64,000 bases of DNA from an uncultured Planctomycetota bacterium (GTDB taxonomy: Bacteria; Planctomycetota; Phycisphaerae; Tepidisphaerales; Tepidisphaeraceae), in assembly GCA_963841915.1 (NCBI GenBank), contig CAWJEN010000006.1, forward strand, positions 288,001-352,000, given 5' to 3'. The position numbers and the translations under genes were made by a program. The notes under the pieces were generated by a model. That model had not been told where the DNA came from. It made no database searches and saw only the letters and a program-made list of their open reading frames with translations. The first letter of the stretch is position 1. Each line of letters starts with the position of its first letter. Shown in pieces: positions 29,893-39,309 of the stretch.

Positions 29893-31344
29893 CTAGCAGA
29901 GCTGATACTCCGGCATGGAGACCATCAGCTTCACCGCCGACCGCAGGCCGCCGGGTTGGCTGACGGTGGCGACGAGGCGGCGTCGCTTCGTCGCGTCAAC
30001 GGCTCGTGGGATCAGACGGTCGAGCCAGTAGTCGACAGAGGCGTCGGGCGAGCCTTTGCCTTGCGGGTCGGCATCGGCGGCGACCTCGCTGGCGAAGTTG
30101 TACCGCGCCAGCAGCGTGGCCGTGTTGATCCAACGCCGGCCGTCGAACTGGCCCGGCCAGCCTTTGACGTTCGGCGGAGCGAACGGCACCTGGCCCAGCT
30201 TCTCGAGTTGACGATTGATCTGCGTCGCACCAGGCACTTGAACAGCAAGCAAGCGGTGCGTGCCGGCCAGCAGTTGCACCGGGCTCTTAATGCGGTTGCC
30301 GATGTTGGCACTGTCGTAGAACGCGCGGCTGCGAAGAATCGTGCGAAGCAGCGGCCGAAGCTCGAAGTTGGCGTTGACGAGCACGCGTGCCAGCGACGCC
30401 ACAACGGCTTCGTCGGGCGCTTCGCCCACGAAGTAGTGATACAACCGTCCGCTGACGTAGGGCCCGCAGGCCGGGTGCTGGGCGAGCAGCGCGATGACTT
30501 CGTCACCGCCCATGTTGCCGGTCACGCCGAAGACGGACTTTTCGCCGTCGTCATGGAAATCGGGGCGGAAGCGGAACTCAACGCCGTCGTGACCCCAGCC
30601 GGTGAAGGCGCGGGCGACTTCTTTGATGTCACGTTCGCTGTAGTTGCCGACACCGAGCGTGAAGAGCTCCATGAGCTCGCGGGCGTAGTTCTCGTTGGGG
30701 CTGTTTTTGTTGTTGCGGTCGTTGTTGAGGTACTTCAGCATCGCCGGGTCGCGGCTGACCCGCCTGACGAGCTCGATGAAGTTGCCTGCCGCGTGGCGAC
30801 GCAGCAGCTCGTTCTGGTTCCACAGCCGCCACGAGCCGTCACGGTCGTCGCGGAAGGAGCTGGTGAAGTGGCCGGCCCAGAAGAGCGTGAGCTTTTCCTG
30901 GAGCGGGTACGGCCCGTCTGCCATACGGCGGATCCACCACTGTTGGCACTCGGCAATGTGCTGACGGCTGGCGCGGGTCCACGCTTGCCGCAGCAGCTGC
31001 ATCGCCGTCCGCGTGTCCTGATCATTCCCGCCGGCCTGCTGACGGGCCTCGGTCATGGCTTGGCGGCGTTCGATGTCGTTCCGCGGCACATCTGTCAACG
31101 ACGACTCGTCGGGGACGTCGTTGGCGTTCATCTCCACTGCCGAGGCGTCGGGAAAATCGAGCAGGATGTCCGCCGCCCTGTCGGGGCCGATCTCGACCAA
31201 CGCATCCAGCTCGTCAGGTGTGCCCCCGAACGCCGCCCGGTTCATGAGGTGCCCGGCTCTGAAGCGATCGAATGGCTCATCGGGCGTGGGCTCCCACGGT
31301 GCCAGTGACGGGTGCAACTCGCGGTCGTAGGTGGGTTCAGCCAT
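29893..31344 (-). CDS. DUF1800 protein
   Basis: HLMNRAAFG, QEKLTLFW, NENYARELMELFTLG, PPNVKGW, PEYQL. Confidence 0.9.
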   Translation of the reverse strand: MAEPTYDRELHPSLAPWEPTPDEPFDRFRAGHLMNRAAFGGTPDELDALVEIGPDRAADILLDFPDASAVEMNANDVPDESSLTDVPRNDIERRQAMTEARQQAGGNDQDTRTAMQLLRQAWTRASRQHIAECQQWWIRRMADGPYPLQEKLTLFWAGHFTSSFRDDRDGSWRLWNQNELLRRHAAGNFIELVRRVSRDPAMLKYLNNDRNNKNSPNENYARELMELFTLGVGNYSERDIKEVARAFTGWGHDGVEFRFRPDFHDDGEKSVFGVTGNMGGDEVIALLAQHPACGPYVSGRLYHYFVGEAPDEAVVASLARVLVNANFELRPLLRTILRSRAFYDSANIGNRIKSPVQLLAGTHRLLAVQVPGATQINRQLEKLGQVPFAPPNVKGWPGQFDGRRWINTATLLARYNFASEVAADADPQGKGSPDASVDYWLDRLIPRAVDATKRRRLVATVSQPGGLRSAVKLMVSMPEYQLC

Positions 31345-31483
31345 GGGAGCTCCTCGCAGTCGTATCGACACAACGCCGCCGACGGCGATGGTATTGCGGC
31401 ATACGTGAGCTGGTGCTTCACAACGTCACAGAGCGCATGAGCCATGACCTCGAACCGTGACTCGAGACGGAGGCCCCACGCAA

Positions 31484-31516
31484 AGCGGCCCGCCCCCGGA
31501 TCGGAGGCGGGCCGCT
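31484..31516 (-). terminator. Hairpin terminator after the PEP-CTERM gene
   Basis: AGCGGCCCGCC...GGCGGGCCGCT stem. Confidence 0.65.
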
Positions 31517-31540
31517 GATGGCGATGACGACGGTGTGACC

Positions 31541-32140
31541 TCAGGCCCGCCGACGCCGCAAGCCGACGAGGCCGAGCAAGCCGAGGCCCCCAGCGGCGAG
31601 GGGTTCGGGGATGACGGTCACGTCACCCGTCACTGATATGTTGTCGATACGAAGGGTGCCACTGCTGCCAGAAGCACCGGACCCACCAATGAAGAAGGTG
31701 GTTGCCCCAGTCACATCATCGACGGACGTGATGTCGATCGTGAAAGGTGTTGAACCGAAGGAAGTTCCATTCGACACGGAGCCGAAGCTCGTTCCCCCGA
31801 CAACTATTGGGGAAGAAGTCGGCCCCGTATCTGAACGGCGACTCACGAAGCTGAATTCTGTGAAGTCAACCTCGAAGCCGCTCTCCGGGGTGATGATGAA
31901 GGAAAAACCTTGCCCTGCCGTCGTGAAGCCGTTCGTTGCTATCGCGTCACCGCTTGCCCCACCAAAGAAGCTGACATTGCCGTCGGTGACAGTCACATCA
32001 CTGACATCAACATTGAGAGCTTCGAACGAAGGTGATGCAACGTCTCCGTCGAAGTCAAAAGCTGCAATGGTCGCAGCAGAGGCAGCGGCGGCAGTTGCGA
32101 AGGTCGCCAGTGCGGCGGTGGTCAGAATCTGCTTGGTCAT
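31541..32140 (-). CDS. PEP-CTERM sorting domain protein
   Basis: MTKQILTTAALATF signal; IPEPLAAGGLGLLGLVGLRRRRA. Confidence 0.9.
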   Translation of the reverse strand: MTKQILTTAALATFATAAAASAATIAAFDFDGDVASPSFEALNVDVSDVTVTDGNVSFFGGASGDAIATNGFTTAGQGFSFIITPESGFEVDFTEFSFVSRRSDTGPTSSPIVVGGTSFGSVSNGTSFGSTPFTIDITSVDDVTGATTFFIGGSGASGSSGTLRIDNISVTGDVTVIPEPLAAGGLGLLGLVGLRRRRA

Positions 32141-32260
32141 AGAGTATCTCTCTCGCCCCTCGGGGCAGGTAGGTCGGAGGCGGACACGCACGTCGCGGCC
32201 GCCGGCTCCTCCAGCCGTGAAAACCTATCGACCACGCCTTCTACGTGCATTCGCATCTGG

Positions 32261-33856
32261 TTAAAACTGTGAGAAGTCGCCCAGGATCAACTCGCACGTG
32301 ATCTTGCCGCTCAACGCCACCAGCGGCAGGCCGCCGCCGGGGTGCGTCGCTCCGCCGACGAAGAACAGGTTCTTGATCTTCGGATCACGGTTCGGCGGCC
32401 TCAGGAATGCCTGCTTGCGACCGTTGCCACCGACGCCATAGATCGCACCGGCGTTGGCCCCGTACAGCCGCCCCAGCTCGGGTGGCGTCCACGTGTCTTC
32501 CACAACCACCTTCTGTCGCAAACCTGTTAACCCGCAACGATTTTCGAGGATGTCGAGCACACGATCCCGATAGCGGGGACCTTCAATTTCCCAGTCGATC
32601 GCTTTGCCAGGTCCGTGCATAGCAGGAGCGCTGACGAGCACAAACAGGTTCTCACAACCCTCGGGGGCGACCGTCGCGTCCGTTGCCGTCGGGCGGCAGA
32701 CGTAAACGCACGGGTCGTCAGGCACGCGGCCGTCGACGAACATCGCCTGCAGGTCACCGCCCGGCCCGAAATAATTGTCGGGCATGTACTTCGTGTGGTG
32801 TGCCACCTGCGGAAGCGTCCCTTCGACGCCGAGCAGCAGCACCATGCCGCTGCCGCCGGGGTCTAGGGCGTCGAGCTTCTTGTCCTGCCAGTGCGGCCGA
32901 TGCTCGGCGTCGATCAGGCGTCGGTAGGCCGTGATCGTGTCGGCGTTGCAGACCACCGTGTCGGCCTCGACGTGCCGCCCATCGACGTTCAGACCGTCAG
33001 CGACTCCTTCTTTAACGGTCACCTTCTCGACCGGCGTTTCCGTGTGGATCTCAACGTCTTTCTCGACGGCCAGCTCGGTCAATGCCTCAGCCAGCTTGTA
33101 GAGCCCGCCTTTGATGTACCAGCCGCCGAAGTGCGTCTCGGCGTGCGGGATGACGCACAGCGTTGCAGGCGCTTTCCACGGGCTGGCACCGCTGTAGGTC
33201 GCGTACTGGTAGAGGACAGCCCGCAGGCGTTCGTCCTTGACGTGACGGTCGACGAGCTTGCTGTAGCGGCCGAACATGCCGATGCGGAACGGCACGGTGA
33301 GCAGGCCCAGCCCTTGCTTGGGCCCCAGCTTGCCCTTAAGCAGTTGCTCTGGAGCGTTCTGGAGGAACAGCTCGCCTGAAAGATCCCAAACGTGCTTGCC
33401 GCGGTCGAGGAAGCGTCGGAACCCGTCGACGTCTCTCGGCGCAAGGTCGTGGACGCTGTCAAGCGTGTCGTTGCGGTCCTTGCGGAGCTGGAGCGACGAG
33501 CCGTCGGGCCATTCAAAGCGGCTGACCGGGTCGAGGCGGATCAGCTCGAGCCGGTCATGAAGATCAACCCCTGCCGCGGCGAAGAGTTGTTCGAAGACAA
33601 AGGGCAGCGTGACAAGCGATGGCCCGGTGTCGAAGCGGAACGGCCGATCGTTCGGCCGATCGGGGTGAGGGACGGTGCGAAGGTTGAGCTTGCCACCGAG
33701 GGTGGCGTTTTGCTCGTAGAGCGAGACGCGGCATCCGCCGATCGCGAGCCGGATCGCCGCCGCCAAACCACCCACGCCACCTCCAATAACGGCAACGCGT
33801 CGCGACGCGTCGGTGGGCAACATGGCGCGCCTGCCGTTCTGGTGCGATTGCGCCAC
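32261..33856 (-). CDS. Phytoene desaturase family (CrtI/CrtN/CrtP) FAD oxidoreductase
   Basis: VIGGGVGGLAAA, FDTGPS, NLFFVGGATHPGGGLPLVALSG. Confidence 0.9.
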   Translation of the reverse strand: MAQSHQNGRRAMLPTDASRRVAVIGGGVGGLAAAIRLAIGGCRVSLYEQNATLGGKLNLRTVPHPDRPNDRPFRFDTGPSLVTLPFVFEQLFAAAGVDLHDRLELIRLDPVSRFEWPDGSSLQLRKDRNDTLDSVHDLAPRDVDGFRRFLDRGKHVWDLSGELFLQNAPEQLLKGKLGPKQGLGLLTVPFRIGMFGRYSKLVDRHVKDERLRAVLYQYATYSGASPWKAPATLCVIPHAETHFGGWYIKGGLYKLAEALTELAVEKDVEIHTETPVEKVTVKEGVADGLNVDGRHVEADTVVCNADTITAYRRLIDAEHRPHWQDKKLDALDPGGSGMVLLLGVEGTLPQVAHHTKYMPDNYFGPGGDLQAMFVDGRVPDDPCVYVCRPTATDATVAPEGCENLFVLVSAPAMHGPGKAIDWEIEGPRYRDRVLDILENRCGLTGLRQKVVVEDTWTPPELGRLYGANAGAIYGVGGNGRKQAFLRPPNRDPKIKNLFFVGGATHPGGGLPLVALSGKITCELILGDFSQF

Positions 33857-34019
33857 TTGATGAGGGTAGGTTGGCCCCTCGTTAACCGAATATTAACGGC
33901 TTGCGCTCTAAGAAATCGCCTCACCGGCGGTAGGGTTGCAACCAGCCAACCCGGGTGGGCGTACTGAGCGCTGCCGCCCGGTTCACCCGCCCTGCCGCGA
34001 CCACACCACCAAGCTCTTC

Positions 34020-35123
34020 ATGACCAGCCCTAGCCGTCGCAGATCTCGTTTCGGATTCACGCTCGTCGAGCTGCTGGTGGTGATCGGGATCATCGCCCTG
34101 CTGATCGGCATCCTGCTGCCGACGCTGTCTCGGGCACGGGAGAGTGCAAATGCTGTCAAGTGCGGCTCGAATATGCGGCAGTTCATGTCGGCCGTCGTCA
34201 TCTACGGCAACGAGAACGACGGCTTCCTGGCCGGTCCGCACACGAGCGGGCAGGTCTGGGGTCCGTCGGGCCTGAGAATCGCCTCGGGTGTTGAGTCGGA
34301 TCCGGAGTCGCCGTTGCAAAACGTGGACTGGATGAGTCCCAGCCTGGGACTGGTGCTCGGCGACCTGCCGTCGAACGATGTCGAGCGACTACAACGGCTG
34401 TTTGAGACGGACATGGAGTGTCCGACGGTCAACCAGGTGTTCAGCAGCTACTACCTCGGCGACGACATCGCGGGCATCAACGCCAGCGACATTCGGTACA
34501 GCAGCTACAGCGCCATCATTCAATTCCACACCGATCCGGCTCGCGAGCGAAAGCTCGGCTCCATGGTCCCGAGGATCAGCGCGCCGATCTCCGAATACAG
34601 CGGCACAAGCTACCCGTACGCCGCGCCGCCTCCCGGCTACTCGCCGAAGCTCGCCAAGGTCGGGCCGTCCAGCAGCAAAGCGTTTGCGATCGAGGGTGCG
34701 CGTTACCTCGAAACCAGCGGACCGGTCAACGCCCTTACCGTTGCAGACATTTCTTTCAACGCCCTGCGATATCAGGTGCAAGGCGGCAACTACATGGTCC
34801 GCGGCCCCTTCTACTTCGCGGATCGTCAGCCGCACCAGCTTATCACGAACAACGGCCTTGCCGCCGGCAACTACACACCGTCGGGCCCCAACCAAGGTGT
34901 CACCGAACCCTCGCTGGCCCTGGGCTGGCGTCACGGCGGTCTCATGAACATCGCCTTCTTCGACGGCCACATCGAGAAGCTCGCCCCGGCCGAGTCCATC
35001 GATCCGTCGATGTACCTGCCCAAGGGCTCGCGGGTCGGCTTCCAGCTGCCCGGTGGCCGCGTGGTCAATGGTTCGCAGTTCACCTACGACCCCGACGATT
35101 CCGACGTGTACGAGGTCGAGTAG
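34020..35123 (+). CDS. Prepilin-type N-methylation / DUF1559 / H-X9-DG protein
   Basis: GFTLVELLVVIGIIALLIGILLPTLSRARE..C.SN; HGGLMNIAFFDGH. Confidence 0.92.
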   Translation: MTSPSRRRSRFGFTLVELLVVIGIIALLIGILLPTLSRARESANAVKCGSNMRQFMSAVVIYGNENDGFLAGPHTSGQVWGPSGLRIASGVESDPESPLQNVDWMSPSLGLVLGDLPSNDVERLQRLFETDMECPTVNQVFSSYYLGDDIAGINASDIRYSSYSAIIQFHTDPARERKLGSMVPRISAPISEYSGTSYPYAAPPPGYSPKLAKVGPSSSKAFAIEGARYLETSGPVNALTVADISFNALRYQVQGGNYMVRGPFYFADRQPHQLITNNGLAAGNYTPSGPNQGVTEPSLALGWRHGGLMNIAFFDGHIEKLAPAESIDPSMYLPKGSRVGFQLPGGRVVNGSQFTYDPDDSDVYEVE

Positions 35124-35126
35124 GTT

Positions 35127-35771
35127 TCAGCCCAGCTTCTCCAGCAAATCGCCCGCCAGCCACGGGTGACGGTTGGCAAGCCATAGACGAAGGCCGTCGA
35201 CGTTGTCCTGCCGGACAACCTCGGCGGCCTCTTCGCTGGCGGCGTCGGCGAGCGCCTCGCGTCGCTGCTGCGGGTCTTGCGTCGCCCCGATGACCGTATC
35301 GCGAAGCGCAGCAACCGCCGTCGCGTGGGCGGCGTGCGGGGCCAGGACGCGTTGCACCTCGTCCGCCAGACGATTTGTCAACGCCGGGCTGCCCGCCGTC
35401 ACCGCCGCCGTCATCGGCCCTTCGTGCACCGCCACCGGGAACGTGAAGTCCCCCGCCGACGCGTCATCCGCCCGGCAGCACAACACGCCGTGCAAGTCGC
35501 ACGCCGCCCCAACCGCGTCGTTAACGTCCCACGCGTCCGTTGCAGCAATGACGAGTGTAAAGCCCACCACGTCGATCGGGTGAAACGGCCGTTCATCCAC
35601 CGAGCACGCCTCGGGCAAATCAGGTGACAACGACGGAGCGACGACACGCACACTGGCCCCGGCATCGAGGAGCATCGACGCCCGCCGTACAGCCACGCCA
35701 CCACCACCGACGATCAGCACCCGCAGCCGCGAGGCATTAAAGAACAGCGGCAAGACGTGGGTGGCAGACAT
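35127..35771 (-). CDS. Precorrin-2 dehydrogenase/ferrochelatase (SirC/CysG N-terminal)
   Basis: LIVGGGGVAVRR, LVIAATD, DFTFPV. Confidence 0.85.
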   Translation of the reverse strand: MSATHVLPLFFNASRLRVLIVGGGGVAVRRASMLLDAGASVRVVAPSLSPDLPEACSVDERPFHPIDVVGFTLVIAATDAWDVNDAVGAACDLHGVLCCRADDASAGDFTFPVAVHEGPMTAAVTAGSPALTNRLADEVQRVLAPHAAHATAVAALRDTVIGATQDPQQRREALADAASEEAAEVVRQDNVDGLRLWLANRHPWLAGDLLEKLG

Positions 35772-35867
35772 CGAAAAGCCTAAGCGTCACGACCGACCGC
35801 GTGCGGTGCATTCCCGTGGGCCTGATTCTGAAAGCAGCACGCACGCCGTGCCCTCTACCGTCGCGGC

Positions 35868-36770
35868 ATGAGCGATATTCCCCGCCGCAAGCTCGGCAAA
35901 ACCGGGTTCGACGTCAGCGTGCTTGGTTACGGCACGGCCCCGGCCGCGTTCCTCAAAGAACACGACTCCGCCGCAGACCTCATCAACTCGCTGCTCGACC
36001 GTGGCGTCAACGTGCTCGACACCGCCACCGGCTACCCCGGAAGCCAGGCCTTCCTCGGCGAGCACTTCGCCTCCAGGCGCGACGACTACGTCCTCGTCTC
36101 CAAAGTCGGTAACAGCGGCAACCCCGACAGCTTCAAGGCCGACCGCGTCCACAAAGACGTCGACAACGCGCTCAAATTGCTCAAAACCGACAGCATCGAC
36201 GTGATGCTGCTCCACTCGTGCCCGCTGGATGTGCTCGAAGCCGACGACGCGCTGGGCGCACTTGTTGAAGCTCGCGACGCCGGCAAGATCAAGTATTGCG
36301 GCTACAGCGGCGACAACGAGGCGGCAGCGTTCGCGTGCCGCCTGCCTGACATTGCGGTGATCGAGACGAGCGTCAACATCGCCGACCAGGCCAACATCGA
36401 CAAGGTGCTCCCGCTGGCCCAGAAGCACGACGTCGGCGTGATCGTCAAGCGCCCCATCGCCAATGCCGCCTGGAAGGACATCGACGATCAAAAGGGTTTC
36501 TACCAGAAGTACGCCGCCACCTACACCGAGCGGCTGGCCAAGATGGACCTTGATCCCAAGGCTCTGGGGTTCGACTGGGTGGAGCTTGCGTTGCGGTTCA
36601 CGCTCTCGCAGGCAGGCGTCACGACGGCCATCGTCGGCACGACGAATCCGGACAACGCCGACGCGAACCTGAAGCTCGCGACAGCCGACCCGCTGCCGGA
36701 AGAGGTCGTGGCGAAGCTTCGCGAAGCCTTTGCAAAGGTTGCCGACGACTCGTGGACGGGCCAGACCTGA
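35868..36770 (+). CDS. Aldo/keto reductase
   Basis: RKLGKTGFDVSVLGYG, DTATGY, LKTDSIDVMLLH. Confidence 0.92.
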   Translation: MSDIPRRKLGKTGFDVSVLGYGTAPAAFLKEHDSAADLINSLLDRGVNVLDTATGYPGSQAFLGEHFASRRDDYVLVSKVGNSGNPDSFKADRVHKDVDNALKLLKTDSIDVMLLHSCPLDVLEADDALGALVEARDAGKIKYCGYSGDNEAAAFACRLPDIAVIETSVNIADQANIDKVLPLAQKHDVGVIVKRPIANAAWKDIDDQKGFYQKYAATYTERLAKMDLDPKALGFDWVELALRFTLSQAGVTTAIVGTTNPDNADANLKLATADPLPEEVVAKLREAFAKVADDSWTGQT

Positions 36771-36965
36771 GAACTCGACAGTCGCACGGTTACGACGATC
36801 AAGCTACGTTGATGCCGACATGATCCGACCGCACGCCTTGCAATGGCTTCGGGAAAGCAATGGGCGCACAAATCTTGTGTTGATCGTCCCACCACTCATC
36901 ATGTCGGTGCTCGTCTACGTCGCCAGCCGCAGCAGGTCCGCCACCAGCGAGTAACCTCGACCGAC

Positions 36966-38465
36966 ATGCCGCAGACGAACCGTGACGAACTCATCCGGCT
37001 GCTCACGTCGCGGCACGCGCTGATCAGCATCGTCACAGGCGACGAGGATCACGCGCTCGACGTTGTTCGCGAGGCGGCCCTCGAGACGCGGCAGCAACTC
37101 TTCGTCTGGGACTGCGTCAACGGCCTTCGCGACGGCTTGGTCGCCAAGCAGGCGCCGCTGCCCGACACGCAGACGGCCGGCGGCGGGCTTGCGTGGGTCG
37201 AGAAACACCTCGACGGCCAGGCACTCTTCTGCTTCCTTGACCTCGTTGACCACCTCGACGGAGAGCCGGCGACACGGCGGATGCTCAAGGAGGCCGTCAA
37301 TCGGGTCGAAGCGGGTGGCGGTGCGATCGTTCTGATCGACCACAAGACGCCGCCCCCGCTCGTGCGGGAATTGGCGACGACGCTGGACTTGGCTTACCCG
37401 AGTGAAGAGGAGCTGCACGAACTCGTCCGCCGGGTCGTTCGGCAGCACCACCGCTCGGTCAAGCCGGTCCACACCCATGTCACCGGCAGCGACGTCCGCG
37501 GCATCGTGAGCAACTTACGCGGGCTCACCCGACGCCAAGCACAGCAGGCGATTCTCGATGTCGTCGCCATCGATCAGCGGCTTGACGCAGACGACGTCGA
37601 GGGTGTCTTGAAGCACAAAAAGCAGTCCCTCGCCGGCGGCGGATTGCTGCAGTTCGTCGACGCCCCGCTCGACCTCGACGACGTCGGCGGCCTGGCAAAT
37701 CTCAAACGCTGGCTCGCCCTGCGCGACGAGGCCGACAGTCAACGGGCTATTGACTTTGGCATCGAACCGCCACGCGGCTTGCTGCTGCTCGGCGTTCAAG
37801 GTGCGGGTAAGAGTTTGGCCAGCAAAGCGGTCGCAACGGCGTGGCGGAGGCCGCTGGTTCGGCTTGATGTCGGTGCGCTCTACGACCGATACGTCGGCGA
37901 AAGCGAGAAGCGTTTGCGCGACGCGCTCAAGCAGGCGGAGATGATGAGCCCGTGCGTGTTGTGGATCGACGAGGTGGAAAAAGCGTTCGCCGGTGCCGCC
38001 GCCCAGAGCAATGACGGCGGCCTGTCGCGTCGCATGTTCGGGGCGCTGCTCACGTGGATGCAGGAGCACCGCGAGCCGGTCTTTCTCATCGCGACGGCCA
38101 ACGACGTGACCGCCTTGCCGCCCGAGTTGTTACGTAAGGGGCGTTTCGACGAGATTTTCTTTGTCGATCTGCCCGAAGCCGAGGCAAGGCGGCGGATCTT
38201 CGAGATCCACCTCGCCAAGCGCAAGCGCGACCCGGAGGCCTTCGATTTGTCTCGCCTCGTCGAACTCAGTGATGGCTACACCGGTGCCGAGATCGAGCAG
38301 GCGATCTTGTCGGCGTTGTACGACGCCTTTGCGTTGCACGGCGAACTGACGACGGACGGCATCGTCTCGACGCTACGGGCGAGTGTGCCGCTGTCGGTGA
38401 CGCGACGTGAGCAGGTAATGGAACTACGGGCATGGGCACAAGATCGGTGCGTGCCGGCCGACTGA
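36966..38465 (+). CDS. AAA ATPase (Ycf46-like)
   Basis: VGGLANLKRW, GVQGAGKS, LWIDEVEK, LLRKGRFDEIFFVDLP. Confidence 0.9.
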   Translation: MPQTNRDELIRLLTSRHALISIVTGDEDHALDVVREAALETRQQLFVWDCVNGLRDGLVAKQAPLPDTQTAGGGLAWVEKHLDGQALFCFLDLVDHLDGEPATRRMLKEAVNRVEAGGGAIVLIDHKTPPPLVRELATTLDLAYPSEEELHELVRRVVRQHHRSVKPVHTHVTGSDVRGIVSNLRGLTRRQAQQAILDVVAIDQRLDADDVEGVLKHKKQSLAGGGLLQFVDAPLDLDDVGGLANLKRWLALRDEADSQRAIDFGIEPPRGLLLLGVQGAGKSLASKAVATAWRRPLVRLDVGALYDRYVGESEKRLRDALKQAEMMSPCVLWIDEVEKAFAGAAAQSNDGGLSRRMFGALLTWMQEHREPVFLIATANDVTALPPELLRKGRFDEIFFVDLPEAEARRRIFEIHLAKRKRDPEAFDLSRLVELSDGYTGAEIEQAILSALYDAFALHGELTTDGIVSTLRASVPLSVTRREQVMELRAWAQDRCVPAD

Positions 38466-38531
38466 CGGAGCGTTTTCGTCGTCAGCGGATCGGGTGTGAT
38501 AACCTGTTTGCGACGCAGGGGAAGATGTCCG

Positions 38532-38556
38532 GGAACCTCCCGGCAGCCGGCGCGTC
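38532..38556 (+). promoter_or_regulatory. Candidate ECF-sigma autoregulatory promoter
   Basis: GGAAC-16 nt-CGTC directly upstream of SD AGGAGG and the sigma start. Confidence 0.55.
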
Positions 38557-38573
38557 ACAGGAGGCAAGCGATC

Positions 38574-39266
38574 GTGCACGAGCAGACCGCCGCAACAGCC
38601 AAGCCACTAACTGCGCAAGCGGAGGGTGCGTCGGCCGAGCGTGACGGCGAGCTCGATCCGCAGGACCAGTTGGGTCGAGCGGCCTTTGCCAGGGCACGAG
38701 CGGGGGATCGCCAGTCATTCGGCACCGTTGTCCGGATGTATCACGATCGCCTCTACAACGCCGTGTATCGCCTGGTCAACCATCACGAAGACGCCGCCGA
38801 CCTGACGCAGGAAGCGTTCGCCAAAGCGTTTGAGAAGCTGAGCGAGTTTCGCGGGGAAAGTGCTCCTTACTCGTGGCTGTTCCGCATTGCGGTCAATGCG
38901 TCGATGACGCACCTGAGGAAGGGCAGGCGTCGGCGGAATCTGCTCAAGGACGCCGCCGCTGACCCGACGCTGGGCGGTATGACGGGTGACGGCACGGGGT
39001 GGCGGACCGGCTACGCCGCCAGTCCGTCCGACGCCGCCGAGCAGTCCGAAGACCACCGTGCCGTTGTCGAGGCGCTTGGCCGACTCGACGCGGAGTATCG
39101 GGCGTTGCTCGTCATGCGAGACCTGGAGAACTTCGATTACAAGCAGATGGCCGACATCCTCGAGTTGCCGCTGGGCACGTTGAAGAGTCGGCTGTTTCGG
39201 GCGCGTGTGGCGTTGCGCGAGCTGCTGAGCGACCACTTCAACACGTCCCGCCGCCCCGGCCGATGA
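38574..39266 (+). CDS. ECF RNA polymerase sigma factor
   Basis: DAADLTQEAF..AF, SWLFRIAVN, YKQMADILELPLGTLKSRLFRAR. Confidence 0.93.
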   Translation: MHEQTAATAKPLTAQAEGASAERDGELDPQDQLGRAAFARARAGDRQSFGTVVRMYHDRLYNAVYRLVNHHEDAADLTQEAFAKAFEKLSEFRGESAPYSWLFRIAVNASMTHLRKGRRRRNLLKDAAADPTLGGMTGDGTGWRTGYAASPSDAAEQSEDHRAVVEALGRLDAEYRALLVMRDLENFDYKQMADILELPLGTLKSRLFRARVALRELLSDHFNTSRRPGR

Positions 39267-39309
39267 TGGCCTGTTTTGTCTCGCTTTCCTTTTTCCCTGC
39301 CCCGCTTCC

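Noticed and set aside
33881..33897. CtrA box (TTAA-N7-TTAA)
   Set aside because: CtrA is alphaproteobacterial; kept only as a generic operator candidate.
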